A DNA stretch of 59,748 nt, the filler included, from Candidatus Desantisbacteria bacterium CG1_02_49_89 (GTDB lineage Bacteria; Desantisbacteria; UBA1551): NCBI GenBank assembly GCA_001871075.1. It is 4 parts of 4 records of this genome, joined end to end, with 100 filler letters (N's around TTAATTAATTAA, not from the genome) between each part and the next. Parts side by side here need not be neighbours in the genome. Positions count along the whole stretch, not along the records: positions 30,798 to 50,929 come from MNUP01000077.1; positions 51,030 to 59,748 come from MNUP01000132.1; 2 more parts are not named here. One strand, written 5' to 3'. Numbering within the stretch: position 1 is the stretch's first letter; each line of letters begins with the position of its first letter. Below are positions 49,270 through 58,806 of the stretch, in pieces. Below the pieces are notes generated by a model, which worked only from the letters and a program-made list of their open reading frames with translations, had not been told where the DNA came from and searched no databases. A program made the translations under genes and the position numbers.

Positions 49270-50197
49270 ATGGATGTTGTTTGCTGCGGAATAATAGTTG
49301 CCGATGTGGTAGCCAGGCCTGTAAGAAAATTCCCCCAGAGGGGCAAGCTCGAGCTTTCAGACGAGATGGGGCTTTTTGTAGGCGGGTGCGCGACCAACAC
49401 GGCCATAGACCTGGCAAAACTCGGGATTTCAACAGGCGTTATGGGCAAGGTAGGAAAAGACGGGTTTGGAGATTTTGTGATAAGCGAAATGCGCAGGCAC
49501 GGCCTTAATATAAGGGGAGTAAAAAGGGATCCCGGGCTTGAATACTTCAGGGACAATGGTATTCGTCCTTCCTGACGGTGAAAGGTCTTTCATACACTAT
49601 TTCGGGGCAAACTCGACTTTCGGAGAAAAGGATGTGGACTACAATTTCATCAAAGGCGCAAAGATATTTAACGTAGCCGGATTTTTCCTCCTGCCTGCGA
49701 TGGAAGGGAAACCGATAGCAAACGTGTTCCGTAAGGTAAAGCAGATGGGGATAACCACTACTTTTGACACTGCCTGGGATTCGAGGGGCAGGTGGCTGAA
49801 GGCGATAAAGCACGCTTTTCCATATGTTGACGTGTTCCTTCCGAGCCTTGCAGAGGCCAAGATGATATCGGGAGAAAGTGAGCCGGACAGGATATGCCGG
49901 TTCTTCCTGGACAGAGGCGTAAAAACAGTAGGGTTAAAGATGGGACCCAAAGGCTCTTATTTAAAGACAAAAGACATTAAAATGTATGTTCCCCCTTATA
50001 AGGTAAAGTCTATTGACGGGACCGGAGCTGGAGATGCTTTTGTCTCGGGGTTCCTGGCAGGCATGGTCAGGAACTGGCCTTTTGAAAAATGCATAAAACT
50101 GGCGAATGCTGTCGGCGCTCTTGCAACAACTAAAGTCGGCGCCACCTCAGGAGTAAGTTCCATGAGGGACGCTCTTGAAATTATGAAACAGCGATGA
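49270..50197 (+). pseudogene. PfkB family carbohydrate kinase, frameshifted near 49531-49538 (one extra base; possibly sequencing error)
   Basis: GGCATNTA...GKVGKDGFG in frame 1; DGERSF and DGTGAGDAF in frame 2; removing one base from CCCGGGC joins them. Confidence 0.85.
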
Positions 50198-50222
50198 CTT
50201 CGCGAAAGGATATGAAACTATA

Positions 50223-50267
50223 TTGACACTGATATTCACTGATTTTATCTGTGTAAATCAGTGTCAA
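50223..50267. repeat. TGACACTGAT...ATCAGTGTCA mini hairpin (10-mer family)
   Basis: Related copy at 59641-59697. Confidence 0.7.
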
Positions 50268-50299
50268 AAGAAATTTATTTGTGAAAAATAGGAGGTTGT

Positions 50300-50842
50300 A
50301 TGAGAATATTTTTATTAGTTCTCGTATCCATGCTAGTCGTTTCTTTTGGATATTCACAGGGAAATGATGTCGGAACGATACAAACAAACATACGGGCTTT
50401 TTCAGGCGGGGGCAAAAATATCAAAGCAATAGATGAATACAGGAAACTTTTTACCCAGACAAAAACTCATGACACTGAACTGCTGCACAGGATCGTTATG
50501 GGAAGCCTGAGAGATGAAGACGGGTACATGAAAATGGCAGGCGCGATAGCTGTGGGCCAGCTGGGAGGCAGCACAGAAGCCTTTCCGTTCCTCAGGGACA
50601 ATCTTAAAGAAAAAGATATGTGGATACGTATATGGACAGCTGTTTCTATAGGTGAAACCGGGGACAAGGAAGCGATACCCAATCTCCTTTACGCACTGCT
50701 TAACGACAGGGTTAATTTTGTAAGGATCTCATCGGCTATCGCGCTGGGCAAACTGGGTGATGCTAGTGTGGTGTCTCTAACAGATCTTTACATTTGGGCT
50801 GTCATTGCGAGGAGTGTTAACGACGAAGCAATCTCGACCTAA
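50300..50842 (+). CDS. secreted HEAT-repeat protein, truncated by a MITE insertion
   Basis: AGGAGG RBS, signal peptide, three HEAT-like repeats; sequence after 50763 is MITE-derived. Confidence 0.7.
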   Translation: MRIFLLVLVSMLVVSFGYSQGNDVGTIQTNIRAFSGGGKNIKAIDEYRKLFTQTKTHDTELLHRIVMGSLRDEDGYMKMAGAIAVGQLGGSTEAFPFLRDNLKEKDMWIRIWTAVSIGETGDKEAIPNLLYALLNDRVNFVRISSAIALGKLGDASVVSLTDLYIWAVIARSVNDEAIST

Positions 50843-50929
50843 AAATCGAGATTGCCACGCTCCCTTTGGTCGCTCGCAATGACAACTCAAAGCAGAATCA
50901 AATGTCAAGGGATTTATGCGACACCATAC
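50763..50929. mobile_element. second copy of the CTAG-bounded MITE (ends at the contig edge)
   Basis: Matches 10330-10496 except near the right end. Confidence 0.85.
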
Positions 50930-51029
50930 NNNNNNNNNNNNNNNNNNNNNNNNNNNNNNNNNNNNNNNNNNNNTTAATTAATTAANNNNNNNNNNNNNNN
51001 NNNNNNNNNNNNNNNNNNNNNNNNNNNNN
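50930..51029. other. artificial contig linker
   Basis: 44 N + TTAATTAATTAA + 44 N. Confidence 0.98.
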
Positions 51030-52782
51030 ATTCAATTTCTGGGCTGTTCTTCTGGTGGTCCTTTCGCTCTTCCTTAATATATGGGGGATAAACTGGGGCG
51101 TGCCTGATGACGAAAGGATAAGCCTTGTGTTCGGCAGCAGGGAAATAATTTCTGGGATATCCGGGATAATGAAGGAAAGCAGGGATGATATCCGCAGCCA
51201 GCTGGAAAGCCCTCTCCAGGAGCAGAAGTATGAGGAAAAAAGCATAGGGCTTGACATGAAAGGAAAAACCGTTCATATACCGCGCTCCCAGCTCGACGGG
51301 GCGCGTTCTTTCCTGATACGTTCTTACGGGGGAGACGAGCAAAGGCCGCTCGTGAGCCTCAGCGGCATGAAACCCGGGAAACTCGATCTGAACCCGCGTA
51401 TGTATTTCTACGGCGGTTTTTACCTTTACGGACTGGGAGCTTTCCTTAAAATGCTTTCTGTATTCAAGCTGGTCACAGTGCAGTCAAATTCCGCTTACTA
51501 TTTTATCAACCCCTCGGAAATGGGAAAGATCTTTATCGCGGCGAGGGCCTACAGCGCAATATTCGCGAGCCTTGCGGTCTACCTGATGTATATGATCGGC
51601 GCCCTGCTCTTCAACAGGAAGACCGGCCTGATAGCCGCGCTGTTCTTCTGTCTAACTCCCGGGGTCGTTCTATGGAGCCACTACCTTAGTCCATTCGCTT
51701 TCACGCTTTTTTGGCTGAACCTTTCGCTGTATTTCTGCGCGCAGATATACAAAACAGGTAGGTTCAGGTATTATATTCTTTCAGGGGTCTTTGCCGGCCT
51801 TGCTTCGGGAGCCCTCATCCATTACGGGTACGTGCTGCTTGGTGTGCCTTTGGCGCATTTCCTGAGAAGCGTCAAGGAAGGGAATGGCATCCTGCTTTCG
51901 CTTAAAAAGATATTCTCAAAGAAGATACTTATTTCCCTGTGCCTTTTCCTCGCGTGTTTCCTGGCGGTCAATCCTTATTACGTGATATCCCTGAAAACAA
52001 TGATCGCCGAATTCCGGCACGCGAAGCAGTGGTGGAGATCGGAGTATTCGCCGCGTAACTGGGCGTATCATTTTGTAAAAGTGCTTCCGTACCAGTTCGG
52101 CTGGCTCATCTGGATAGCCGTCGCGGCAGGCCTGGTTTTTGCCGCCGCAAGGCATACGGCCGAGGATATATTTTTCCTCGCGCTTACCGTGCCGCTCTAT
52201 ATCTACATCAGTTCCAGCACCACGTATTACGCGCATTACGGCCTTCCGCTTGTGCCTTTCATGTTAATGCCGGCGGCCGCGATGCTGGGAAGGGAAGGCG
52301 GCTTTCCGGGCAAAAGAATAGCGTTTTCGGCGTTCATTGCCGCGATCGCGCTTTATACTTTCGCGCTGGACGTTTCATACGACAGGATATTCGCGGGCGT
52401 GAATATAAGGACGCAGGCAGGCAGGTGGATTGATAAAGAGATACCGAAAGGCAGTTCTGTAGGCATGCTGGAAACACCTTCTCCGTGGAGGACCCCTCCG
52501 ATCAATCCTTTCAGGTACAGGATCGTTGTAACCGCAAGGGACAGCAAGATACTGGAAAAAGAAAGGCCCGAATACTATTATATCAACGAGTTCCAATGGA
52601 TGAGGGGGGTGAGTTTCCCGGTTGTGCGGGATTTCATTTCGGGATACGAAGAGATAAAAAGGTTCGAGCAGAGGCCGCGGCTTTTCGGGATCACCCTTGT
52701 TTCCGGCAAAGACCAGCCCTGGGACTGGCCGTCGCCGAACCCGCTTATGATAGTATATAAAAGAAGAGCTCATGGCTCATAG
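51030..52782 (+). CDS. GT-C fold (ArnT/PMT-like) membrane glycosyltransferase, 5'-partial
   Basis: GINWGVP, DE, LNP..YG, AR, multiple TM helices, NPY and R..A..WI...P.G; open from the contig start. Confidence 0.72.
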
Positions 52783-52862
52783 CTCATAGCTCATAGTCAA
52801 ACTGATAAAAGATAGCTCATGGCTCATAGCTCATAGTCAAACTGATAAAAGATGGCTGATGG
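52767..52862. repeat. AGCTCAT heptamer array, left arm of the four-helix-bundle element
   Basis: Two tandem blocks of (AGCTCAT)n + TCAAACTGATAAAAGAT; contains the upstream TAG stop. Confidence 0.9.
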
Positions 52863-52880
52863 TAAAAACAAGAGGGTACG

Positions 52881-53258
52881 GTGGCGAAGAGAGAAATACA
52901 TTTTAGTTTTGAAAATTTAGAGGTCTGGCAAAAGGCAATTACTTTTGCTGATACTGTTATTGATATAATCGATAAACTTGAGACAGACAGGAAACATTAT
53001 AGGCTGATCGAACAGCTGGAATCGTCAGTTACTTCAATAGCAATGAATATCGCAGAGGGAAAGGGCAGGTTTTCAAAGAAAGAATTTGCAAAGTTTCTTT
53101 ATATTGCCAGAGGTTCCCTGTTTGAATCCGTTGCTTTAATGGAGATTTTTAAAAGAAGAAGGTGGGTTGCCGAAGACCAGTATGATAAATTTTATAATGA
53201 CGGAAATATAATAGGGAAAATGCTGACAGGTTTGATAAACTCAATAAAAAGCTCTTAG
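52881..53258 (+). CDS. four helix bundle protein (23S rRNA IVP / Avd-like family)
   Basis: FENLEVWQKA, QL..S..SI.MNIAEG.GR, F.KFLYIARGSL.E and KML.GLI motifs; AT-rich. Confidence 0.92.
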   Translation: MAKREIHFSFENLEVWQKAITFADTVIDIIDKLETDRKHYRLIEQLESSVTSIAMNIAEGKGRFSKKEFAKFLYIARGSLFESVALMEIFKRRRWVAEDQYDKFYNDGNIIGKMLTGLINSIKSS

Positions 53259-53270
53259 TCTTTTGTTTTT

Positions 53271-53330
53271 GCTATGAGCTATTAGCTTTTAATTTTTAGC
53301 CATGAGCAATGAGCTATGAGCTATGAGCCA
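53271..53330. repeat. ATGAGCT heptamer array, right arm of the four-helix-bundle element
   Basis: Reverse complement of the left-arm unit. Confidence 0.9.
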
Positions 53331-53339
53331 GGAGTATCC

Positions 53340-54134
53340 ATGACTGAATTTTCATTCGGCAGGAACTGGGACCAGTTCATTAAGAACTACCTGACTGAGG
53401 AAAGGGTTGAGGCCGCGAAAAAGCATATCCTGGATTTCTTGGAAATTCCCGACCTTAAAGGCAGGTCCTTTCTCGATATAGGCTGCGGGAGCGGGATACA
53501 TTCGCTTGCGGCCCTGAAAGCCGGCGCCGCGAAGGTCATAAGCTTTGACGTGGACCCGTATTCGGTCGAAACCACCCGCAGGGTCAGGGAAATGTCCGGC
53601 AGTCCTGAAACATGGGATGTCCTTTCAGGCTCAATACTGGATGAAAAATTCCTTTCAGGCATAAGCCTGGCTGATATCGTGTATTCCTGGGGGGTGCTGC
53701 ACCATACGGGGAATATGTGGAAGGCAGTGGAAAACGCGTCAAGGTTCATTAAGGATAACGGTATTTTTTACGTGGCGCTGTACGTGACAACGCCGAAGTC
53801 GGATTACTGGGTCAGGATAAAGAAAAGGTACAATACGGCTTCATCAGCCGGCAAGGCTTTCATGGAGCAGTGGTATATGTGGAGGCATCTCATAATACCG
53901 TATTTCATGCGCTCCAAAGACCCGCTGAAATACATTCTGGAATACAAACAAAAAAGAGGCATGTCTTATTTCACCGACGTAAAAGACTGGCTTGGCGGTT
54001 ACCCGTACGAACACGCGAAGATCGAGGAGGTCCTGAAATTCTGCAGGGAAAAACTGGGCCTTGAACTGGCCGGCCTCGGTACCGGGGAAGCGTGCATAGA
54101 ATACCTTTTTAAGAAAAGCGGGAAGCGATCCTGA
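53340..54134 (+). CDS. class I SAM-dependent methyltransferase
   Basis: AGGAG RBS; FSFGRNW, FLDIGCGSG, YSWGVLHHTG and DWLGGYPYE. Confidence 0.88.
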   Translation: MTEFSFGRNWDQFIKNYLTEERVEAAKKHILDFLEIPDLKGRSFLDIGCGSGIHSLAALKAGAAKVISFDVDPYSVETTRRVREMSGSPETWDVLSGSILDEKFLSGISLADIVYSWGVLHHTGNMWKAVENASRFIKDNGIFYVALYVTTPKSDYWVRIKKRYNTASSAGKAFMEQWYMWRHLIIPYFMRSKDPLKYILEYKQKRGMSYFTDVKDWLGGYPYEHAKIEEVLKFCREKLGLELAGLGTGEACIEYLFKKSGKRS

Positions 54135-54178
54135 AAAAGAGCGGAGATCCCGTATTAAATACAGGCTGAAAGACTAAG

Positions 54179-55294
54179 ATGGATAAAATAAAAATACTTT
54201 ATATTATAGCCACGCTTGATATCGGCGGGACCGAAAAGCAGCTTTTCGAGCTTGCGAAAGGGCTTGACAGGAAGAAATACGAACCGGTTGTGTGCTGCCT
54301 TACGCGCAGCGGCCCGGTTGAAAAGGACCTGCGGGATCGCGGCATCAGGGTGATCGAGGCAGGGAAGAAAGGCAAGCTGGATTTCGGCTTTTTATTCAAA
54401 CTGGCAGGGATAATAAGGCGGGAAAAGCCCGGGATAGTCCACACGTTCCTGTGGACATCCAATACCTGGGGCAGGATCGCCGCGATGTTCGCGGGCGTGC
54501 CGGTCATCATTTCCAGCGAAAGGAGCACCGATTACTGGAAGGGATGGTTTGAATTCCTTATAGACTGGAAACTATCGCTCTTTACGAAAAAAATTATCGT
54601 CAATTCTCTGATAGTGAAGAAATTCATAGGATCCAGAGGTATCAGCGAGAAGAAGATCGAGGTTGTCCCCAACGGCATCGACACTTCCCTGTATGGGTCC
54701 CTGCCTGGTCCGTCGCAGGCAAAGAAAATGCTGGGACTTGACCCTTTAGCGCCTGCGGTCGGTTTTGCGGGCAGGCTTTGCAGGGAGAAAGACCCTTTTG
54801 TTTTTGTAAGGCTGGCCGCAGCGGTACTGAAGGAAAAAAGCGCGCAGTTTGTTATTGCCGGGGACGGTGAAATGAGGGGCGGGGTCGAAGCGCTTGCAGG
54901 GTCCCTGGGAGTGAAAAAGAACCTGAGGATACTCGGCTACAGGAATGACATGCCGCTGGTCCTGAGCGCGATGGACGTAGTGGTCCTAACGTCATTATGG
55001 GAAGGGCTTCCGAACGTGCTTATCGAAGCCGGCGCCGCCGCAAAACCGGCGGTCACCTTAAATGTCGGCGGGGCGGGAGAAGTGGTGGAGGACGGCAGGA
55101 CGGGTTTTGTGGTCCCTGTTTCCGACGAAAAAGGCCTGGCCGAAAAGGTGCTTGTGCTTTTGAAGGGTCCGGCGCTTTGCGCGGAAATGGGCGCCGCGGC
55201 AAGGCAGCGCGTGGAAGAAAATTTTAAGCTTTCAAAAATGATAAGCATGACCGAGGCGATCTACAGCGCTGAACTGCAAAAAACAGCGCGCTGA
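54179..55294 (+). CDS. glycosyltransferase family 4
   Basis: GGTEKQL, VPNGID, GRL..EK and EGLPNVLIEA (E-x7-E). Confidence 0.92.
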   Translation: MDKIKILYIIATLDIGGTEKQLFELAKGLDRKKYEPVVCCLTRSGPVEKDLRDRGIRVIEAGKKGKLDFGFLFKLAGIIRREKPGIVHTFLWTSNTWGRIAAMFAGVPVIISSERSTDYWKGWFEFLIDWKLSLFTKKIIVNSLIVKKFIGSRGISEKKIEVVPNGIDTSLYGSLPGPSQAKKMLGLDPLAPAVGFAGRLCREKDPFVFVRLAAAVLKEKSAQFVIAGDGEMRGGVEALAGSLGVKKNLRILGYRNDMPLVLSAMDVVVLTSLWEGLPNVLIEAGAAAKPAVTLNVGGAGEVVEDGRTGFVVPVSDEKGLAEKVLVLLKGPALCAEMGAAARQRVEENFKLSKMISMTEAIYSAELQKTAR

Positions 55295-55370
55295 TTTTTA
55301 AATGCGGGCAGCAGTTTCTCAATGAGGAGGGACTGGTAAAATGGGAGAATTGAGGAACAGCGGAGGATAT

Positions 55371-57275
55371 ATGTGCGGGTTTTGCGGGATCCTTGAATTC
55401 GGCTCGGGAAGCATAATAACCGAGGAGCTTTTGAAAAAAATGTGCGCGGTGCTCCAGCACCGCGGGCCTGATGACCAGGGCATATACATAAAAAGGAAAG
55501 ACGGGGTGAGGCTGGGCCTGGGTCACAGGAGGCTGGCCGTCATAGACCTCAATACCGGGCGGCAGCCCATTTCCAACGAGGATGATACCATCTGGGTTGC
55601 CTACAACGGCGAGATATACAATTTCATGGAGCTGAGGGAAGGGCTTGAGAAAAAAGGGCACAGGTTCAAGACCCGGACCGACACGGAAGTGATAGTGCAC
55701 CTTTACGAGGAGCACGGGACCGGCTTCGTCAGGTTCCTGCGGGGTATGTTCGGCATAGCGCTGTGGGACGAGAAGGAAGAACGCCTGGTCCTTGTAAGGG
55801 ACAGGATCGGCAAGAAGCCCGTCTGCTACGCGCTGGCCCCGGGCAGGCTTATTTTCGCGTCCGAGATAAAATCGATACTTGAGGTCCCCGGGATAAGCAG
55901 GGAGGTGAACCTTACCGCGATGCACCATTTCCTGACCTACCAGTACGTGCCGTCCCCGATCTCGATCTTCAGGGGCATTTCCAAGCTGCCAGCCGCGCAC
56001 ATGCTTGTCTGGGAGAAAGGGAGCGCGAAGGTCGAGAAATACTGGGAGCTTGATTACGGCGCTAAAATAAAGATAAGCCCTGCCGAAGCGCAGGAAAGGA
56101 TAATCGGCGAGTTCAGGGAATCAACGAAGATGAGGCTTGTCAGCGACGTGCCGCTCGGTGCTTTCCTCAGCGGCGGCATAGATTCAAGCGCAGTGGTGGC
56201 GATGATGTCGGAGCTCATGCCGAAGCCTGTCAAGACTTTTTCAATAGGTTTTGAAGAGCAGGATTTCTCCGAGTTGAAATACGCCAGGATGGTCTCAAAA
56301 ATGTACGGGACAGACCACAAGGAGCTCATAGTGAAGTCCCCGAATGTCCCGGAGCTGCTCCCGAAGCTGGTCTGGTATTACAACGAGCCCTACGCGGACT
56401 CCAGCGCCATCCCGACTTACTGCGTTTCGAAGATGACCAGGGAGCACGTTACGGTCGCGCTCAACGGGGACGGGGGGGACGAGAATTTCGCCGGGTATCC
56501 CAGGTACCAGCAGAGGAAGCTTGTCGATACAGTTGCAGGGCTGTATAATATACTGCCCGGGTTTAAAAAGAACTGGATCAGCAGGATAGCGGGATCGCAG
56601 GCGTCCCGCAGCGCGTTCTGGAGGAAGGTAAAGTGGGCCGCGCAGGCTTCAGGCATGAGCCCGGAAAGAAGGTACGCCAGGTTCATGACGGTCTTCCCCA
56701 ACGATTACAAGGAAAAGCTGTATTCCGACACGCTGAAAAAAGAGCTTGCGGGAATGGATTCAATAGACCTGCTTGCGGATGCCTGTTCAAGGGTGAAGGC
56801 AGATAATATTGTCGAAAGGATCATAGGCAGCGACATAATAACGTATTTGCCTGACTGCCTCTGCGTCAAGATGGACATAGCCGCTTCCGCGAATTCGCTT
56901 GAAACAAGGGCGCCCCTTCTTGACCACAGGTTCATGGAGTTCACGGCAAGCCTGCCCCCGGGCTTCAAGCTTAACGGCTTTACCACGAAATACGTTTTCA
57001 AGAAGGCGCTTGAGAAATACCTGCCTAAAGAGGTCCTTTACAGGAAGAAAATGGGGTTCGGCGTGCCCATAACGCACTGGTTCAAAAAAGACCTTAAGGA
57101 TTACGCGCGCGGCATACTGCTTGGGGAAAGCGCGAAGCGCAGGGGCTATTTCAGGACGGAATACGTGAAACAGCTGCTGGACGAGCACGCCTCCGGGACC
57201 GCTGACCATACGACCAGGATCTGGGCGCTCCTGAACCTTGAGCTGTGGCACCAGGTTTTTATAGATGCGAAATAA
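55371..57275 (+). CDS. asnB: asparagine synthase (glutamine-hydrolysing)-like amidotransferase in a polysaccharide locus
   Basis: GGAGG RBS; N-terminal MCG, HRGPD, NGEIYN, LSGGIDSS, GDGGDE and KMGF. Confidence 0.93.
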   Translation: MCGFCGILEFGSGSIITEELLKKMCAVLQHRGPDDQGIYIKRKDGVRLGLGHRRLAVIDLNTGRQPISNEDDTIWVAYNGEIYNFMELREGLEKKGHRFKTRTDTEVIVHLYEEHGTGFVRFLRGMFGIALWDEKEERLVLVRDRIGKKPVCYALAPGRLIFASEIKSILEVPGISREVNLTAMHHFLTYQYVPSPISIFRGISKLPAAHMLVWEKGSAKVEKYWELDYGAKIKISPAEAQERIIGEFRESTKMRLVSDVPLGAFLSGGIDSSAVVAMMSELMPKPVKTFSIGFEEQDFSELKYARMVSKMYGTDHKELIVKSPNVPELLPKLVWYYNEPYADSSAIPTYCVSKMTREHVTVALNGDGGDENFAGYPRYQQRKLVDTVAGLYNILPGFKKNWISRIAGSQASRSAFWRKVKWAAQASGMSPERRYARFMTVFPNDYKEKLYSDTLKKELAGMDSIDLLADACSRVKADNIVERIIGSDIITYLPDCLCVKMDIAASANSLETRAPLLDHRFMEFTASLPPGFKLNGFTTKYVFKKALEKYLPKEVLYRKKMGFGVPITHWFKKDLKDYARGILLGESAKRRGYFRTEYVKQLLDEHASGTADHTTRIWALLNLELWHQVFIDAK

Positions 57276-57279
57276 ATAT

Positions 57280-57474
57280 AACCACGAATTACTCGAATTA
57301 CACGAAATAAGCATGAGAACAAGGCAGGACCTTTCAAGTTTTTAATTTCGTGAAATTAGATTAATTCGTGGTTAAAGTACTATTAAAAAACTAACGCAAC
57401 CACGAATTTCACGAATTACTCGAATTAGGCAATGGAGAAGATTTACTTCGTGAAATTAGATTAATTCGTGGTTA
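57280..57474. repeat. two AACCACGAATT...AATTCGTGGTT 9-mer hairpin elements upstream of the GxxExxY gene
   Basis: Arms about 57280-57308/57344-57373 and 57398-57426/57446-57473. Confidence 0.9.
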
Positions 57475-57488
57475 AGGTGTATAAAATA

Positions 57489-57902
57489 ATGCAACGACGA
57501 CTTTTTCAGCTTACGCGAATTGCTAAAAACAAGAACATAGTATATAAAGAGCTGAGCTATAAAGTGATAGGCGCAGCTATGGAAGTTCATATAAATTTGG
57601 GTCCGGGTTTTCTTGAGTCTGTTTATGATGAAGCCTTCGGCATTGAATTAAAAAGGATCAATCTGAGATTTGAATATCAAAAGGACCTGAGGATATTTTA
57701 TAAAGGGGAAAAATTAGCAAAAGAGTTCAGGGTTGATTATATGATAGAGGATAAAATCCTTGTAGAAAATAAGGCTGTAAAAGTAATAACGGAAATCGAG
57801 GAAGCGCAAATGCACAATTATTTAAAAGCTACAGGTTTAAAATTGGGCATAATTATAAACTATGGTTCGCCTTCGTTGGAATATAAAAGAATCGTAAGGT
57901 AG
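57489..57902 (+). CDS. GxxExxY protein (PD-(D/E)XK-like fold); start uncertain (57468 or 57489)
   Basis: IGAAMEVH..LGPGFLESVY (GxxExxY), RVDYMIE..ILVENK, AQ..NYLKATG and G.IINYG. Confidence 0.92.
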   Translation: MQRRLFQLTRIAKNKNIVYKELSYKVIGAAMEVHINLGPGFLESVYDEAFGIELKRINLRFEYQKDLRIFYKGEKLAKEFRVDYMIEDKILVENKAVKVITEIEEAQMHNYLKATGLKLGIIINYGSPSLEYKRIVR

Positions 57903-58020
57903 AAATTCGTGGTTTCTTAACAGGCAACTACGAATCAATCGAATTGCACTAATTAAGTATAAGAACGAGGTAAGCTTTTTTGAGCTTTTAAAATTTGTGA
58001 AATTCGTGAAATTCGTGGTT
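57903..58020. repeat. ACGAATT/AATTCGTG 9-mer arrays downstream of the GxxExxY gene
   Basis: AAATTCGTGGTT directly after the stop; a further hairpin at about 57926-58020. Confidence 0.85.
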
Positions 58021-58031
58021 AAGGTCTTAAA

Positions 58032-58709
58032 ATGAAAAATATAGTCATACTCGCGTACCACAGGATCAATGACTCGGGTGCAGGCGTCCTGGACGTGCCA
58101 CCTGAAAATTTCAAAAGGCAGCTGGAATGCCTGCTGGCAGGCGGTTACACGGTGGAAAGCGCGGAGGACATTGCGGGAAGGATACTTCGCAACCGTTATC
58201 CTGAGAAAAAAACGGCGGCGATCACATTCGACGACGGGCACAAGGATAATTTCAGCAATGCCTACCCGGTGCTGAAAAAAATGGGATTGCCCGCAACCAT
58301 TTTCCTGACGACCTCATTCATGGACACGGAGAATTTTCTTTCGTGGGACGAAGCAAGGGAAATGAGCGGGGGCGGCATCTCTTTCGGCGGGCATACGGTT
58401 ACCCATCCGCGCCTGACCCGGATCCGGCCAGAAGAGGCTAAGGAAGAAATATTGAGATCAAGGCAGGAGATCGAAAGCAGGCTGGGAAAGCCCTGCTCCT
58501 GTTTTTGCTATCCTTACGGGGATGTCAATGAAGCGGTCAAGCAGCTTGTAAGGGAATGCAAATACTCATCGGCGGTTGTAACACCCCCGAGGCGCGGGAT
58601 AGGCGAAGACATACTGTGCCTGAAAAGGATCGGAATTTACCGCCACACGGATATGCTGCAGTTCAGGCTGAAGCTGTGGGGCGTTTATTCATGGCTGAAA
58701 GGCAGGTGA
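58032..58709 (+). CDS. polysaccharide deacetylase (NodB/CE4-like)
   Basis: ILAYHRI, ITFDDG, GGHTVTHP and FCYPYG. Confidence 0.9.
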   Translation: MKNIVILAYHRINDSGAGVLDVPPENFKRQLECLLAGGYTVESAEDIAGRILRNRYPEKKTAAITFDDGHKDNFSNAYPVLKKMGLPATIFLTTSFMDTENFLSWDEAREMSGGGISFGGHTVTHPRLTRIRPEEAKEEILRSRQEIESRLGKPCSCFCYPYGDVNEAVKQLVRECKYSSAVVTPPRRGIGEDILCLKRIGIYRHTDMLQFRLKLWGVYSWLKGR

Positions 58710-58717
58710 CATGGATA

Positions 58718-58806
58718 TGAAGTTAAAAGTTCCCGCCCCGATAAGATCGGGGCGAGGTCTCGCCCGCTGAAAGACGGGCGGAAAAGGTTAAAGGTTAAAA
58801 GTTGAA
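58718..58806. repeat. GTTAAAA heptamer array interrupted by a GC double hairpin
   Basis: Hairpin at 58732-58781; its right half is the reverse complement of 18156-18184 with one mismatch. Confidence 0.85.

Noticed and set aside
52881-53258. Four-helix-bundle gene as part of a diversity-generating retroelement or rRNA intervening sequence
   Set aside because: No reverse transcriptase, no TR/VR pair with adenine-specific mismatches and no rRNA sequence in the window
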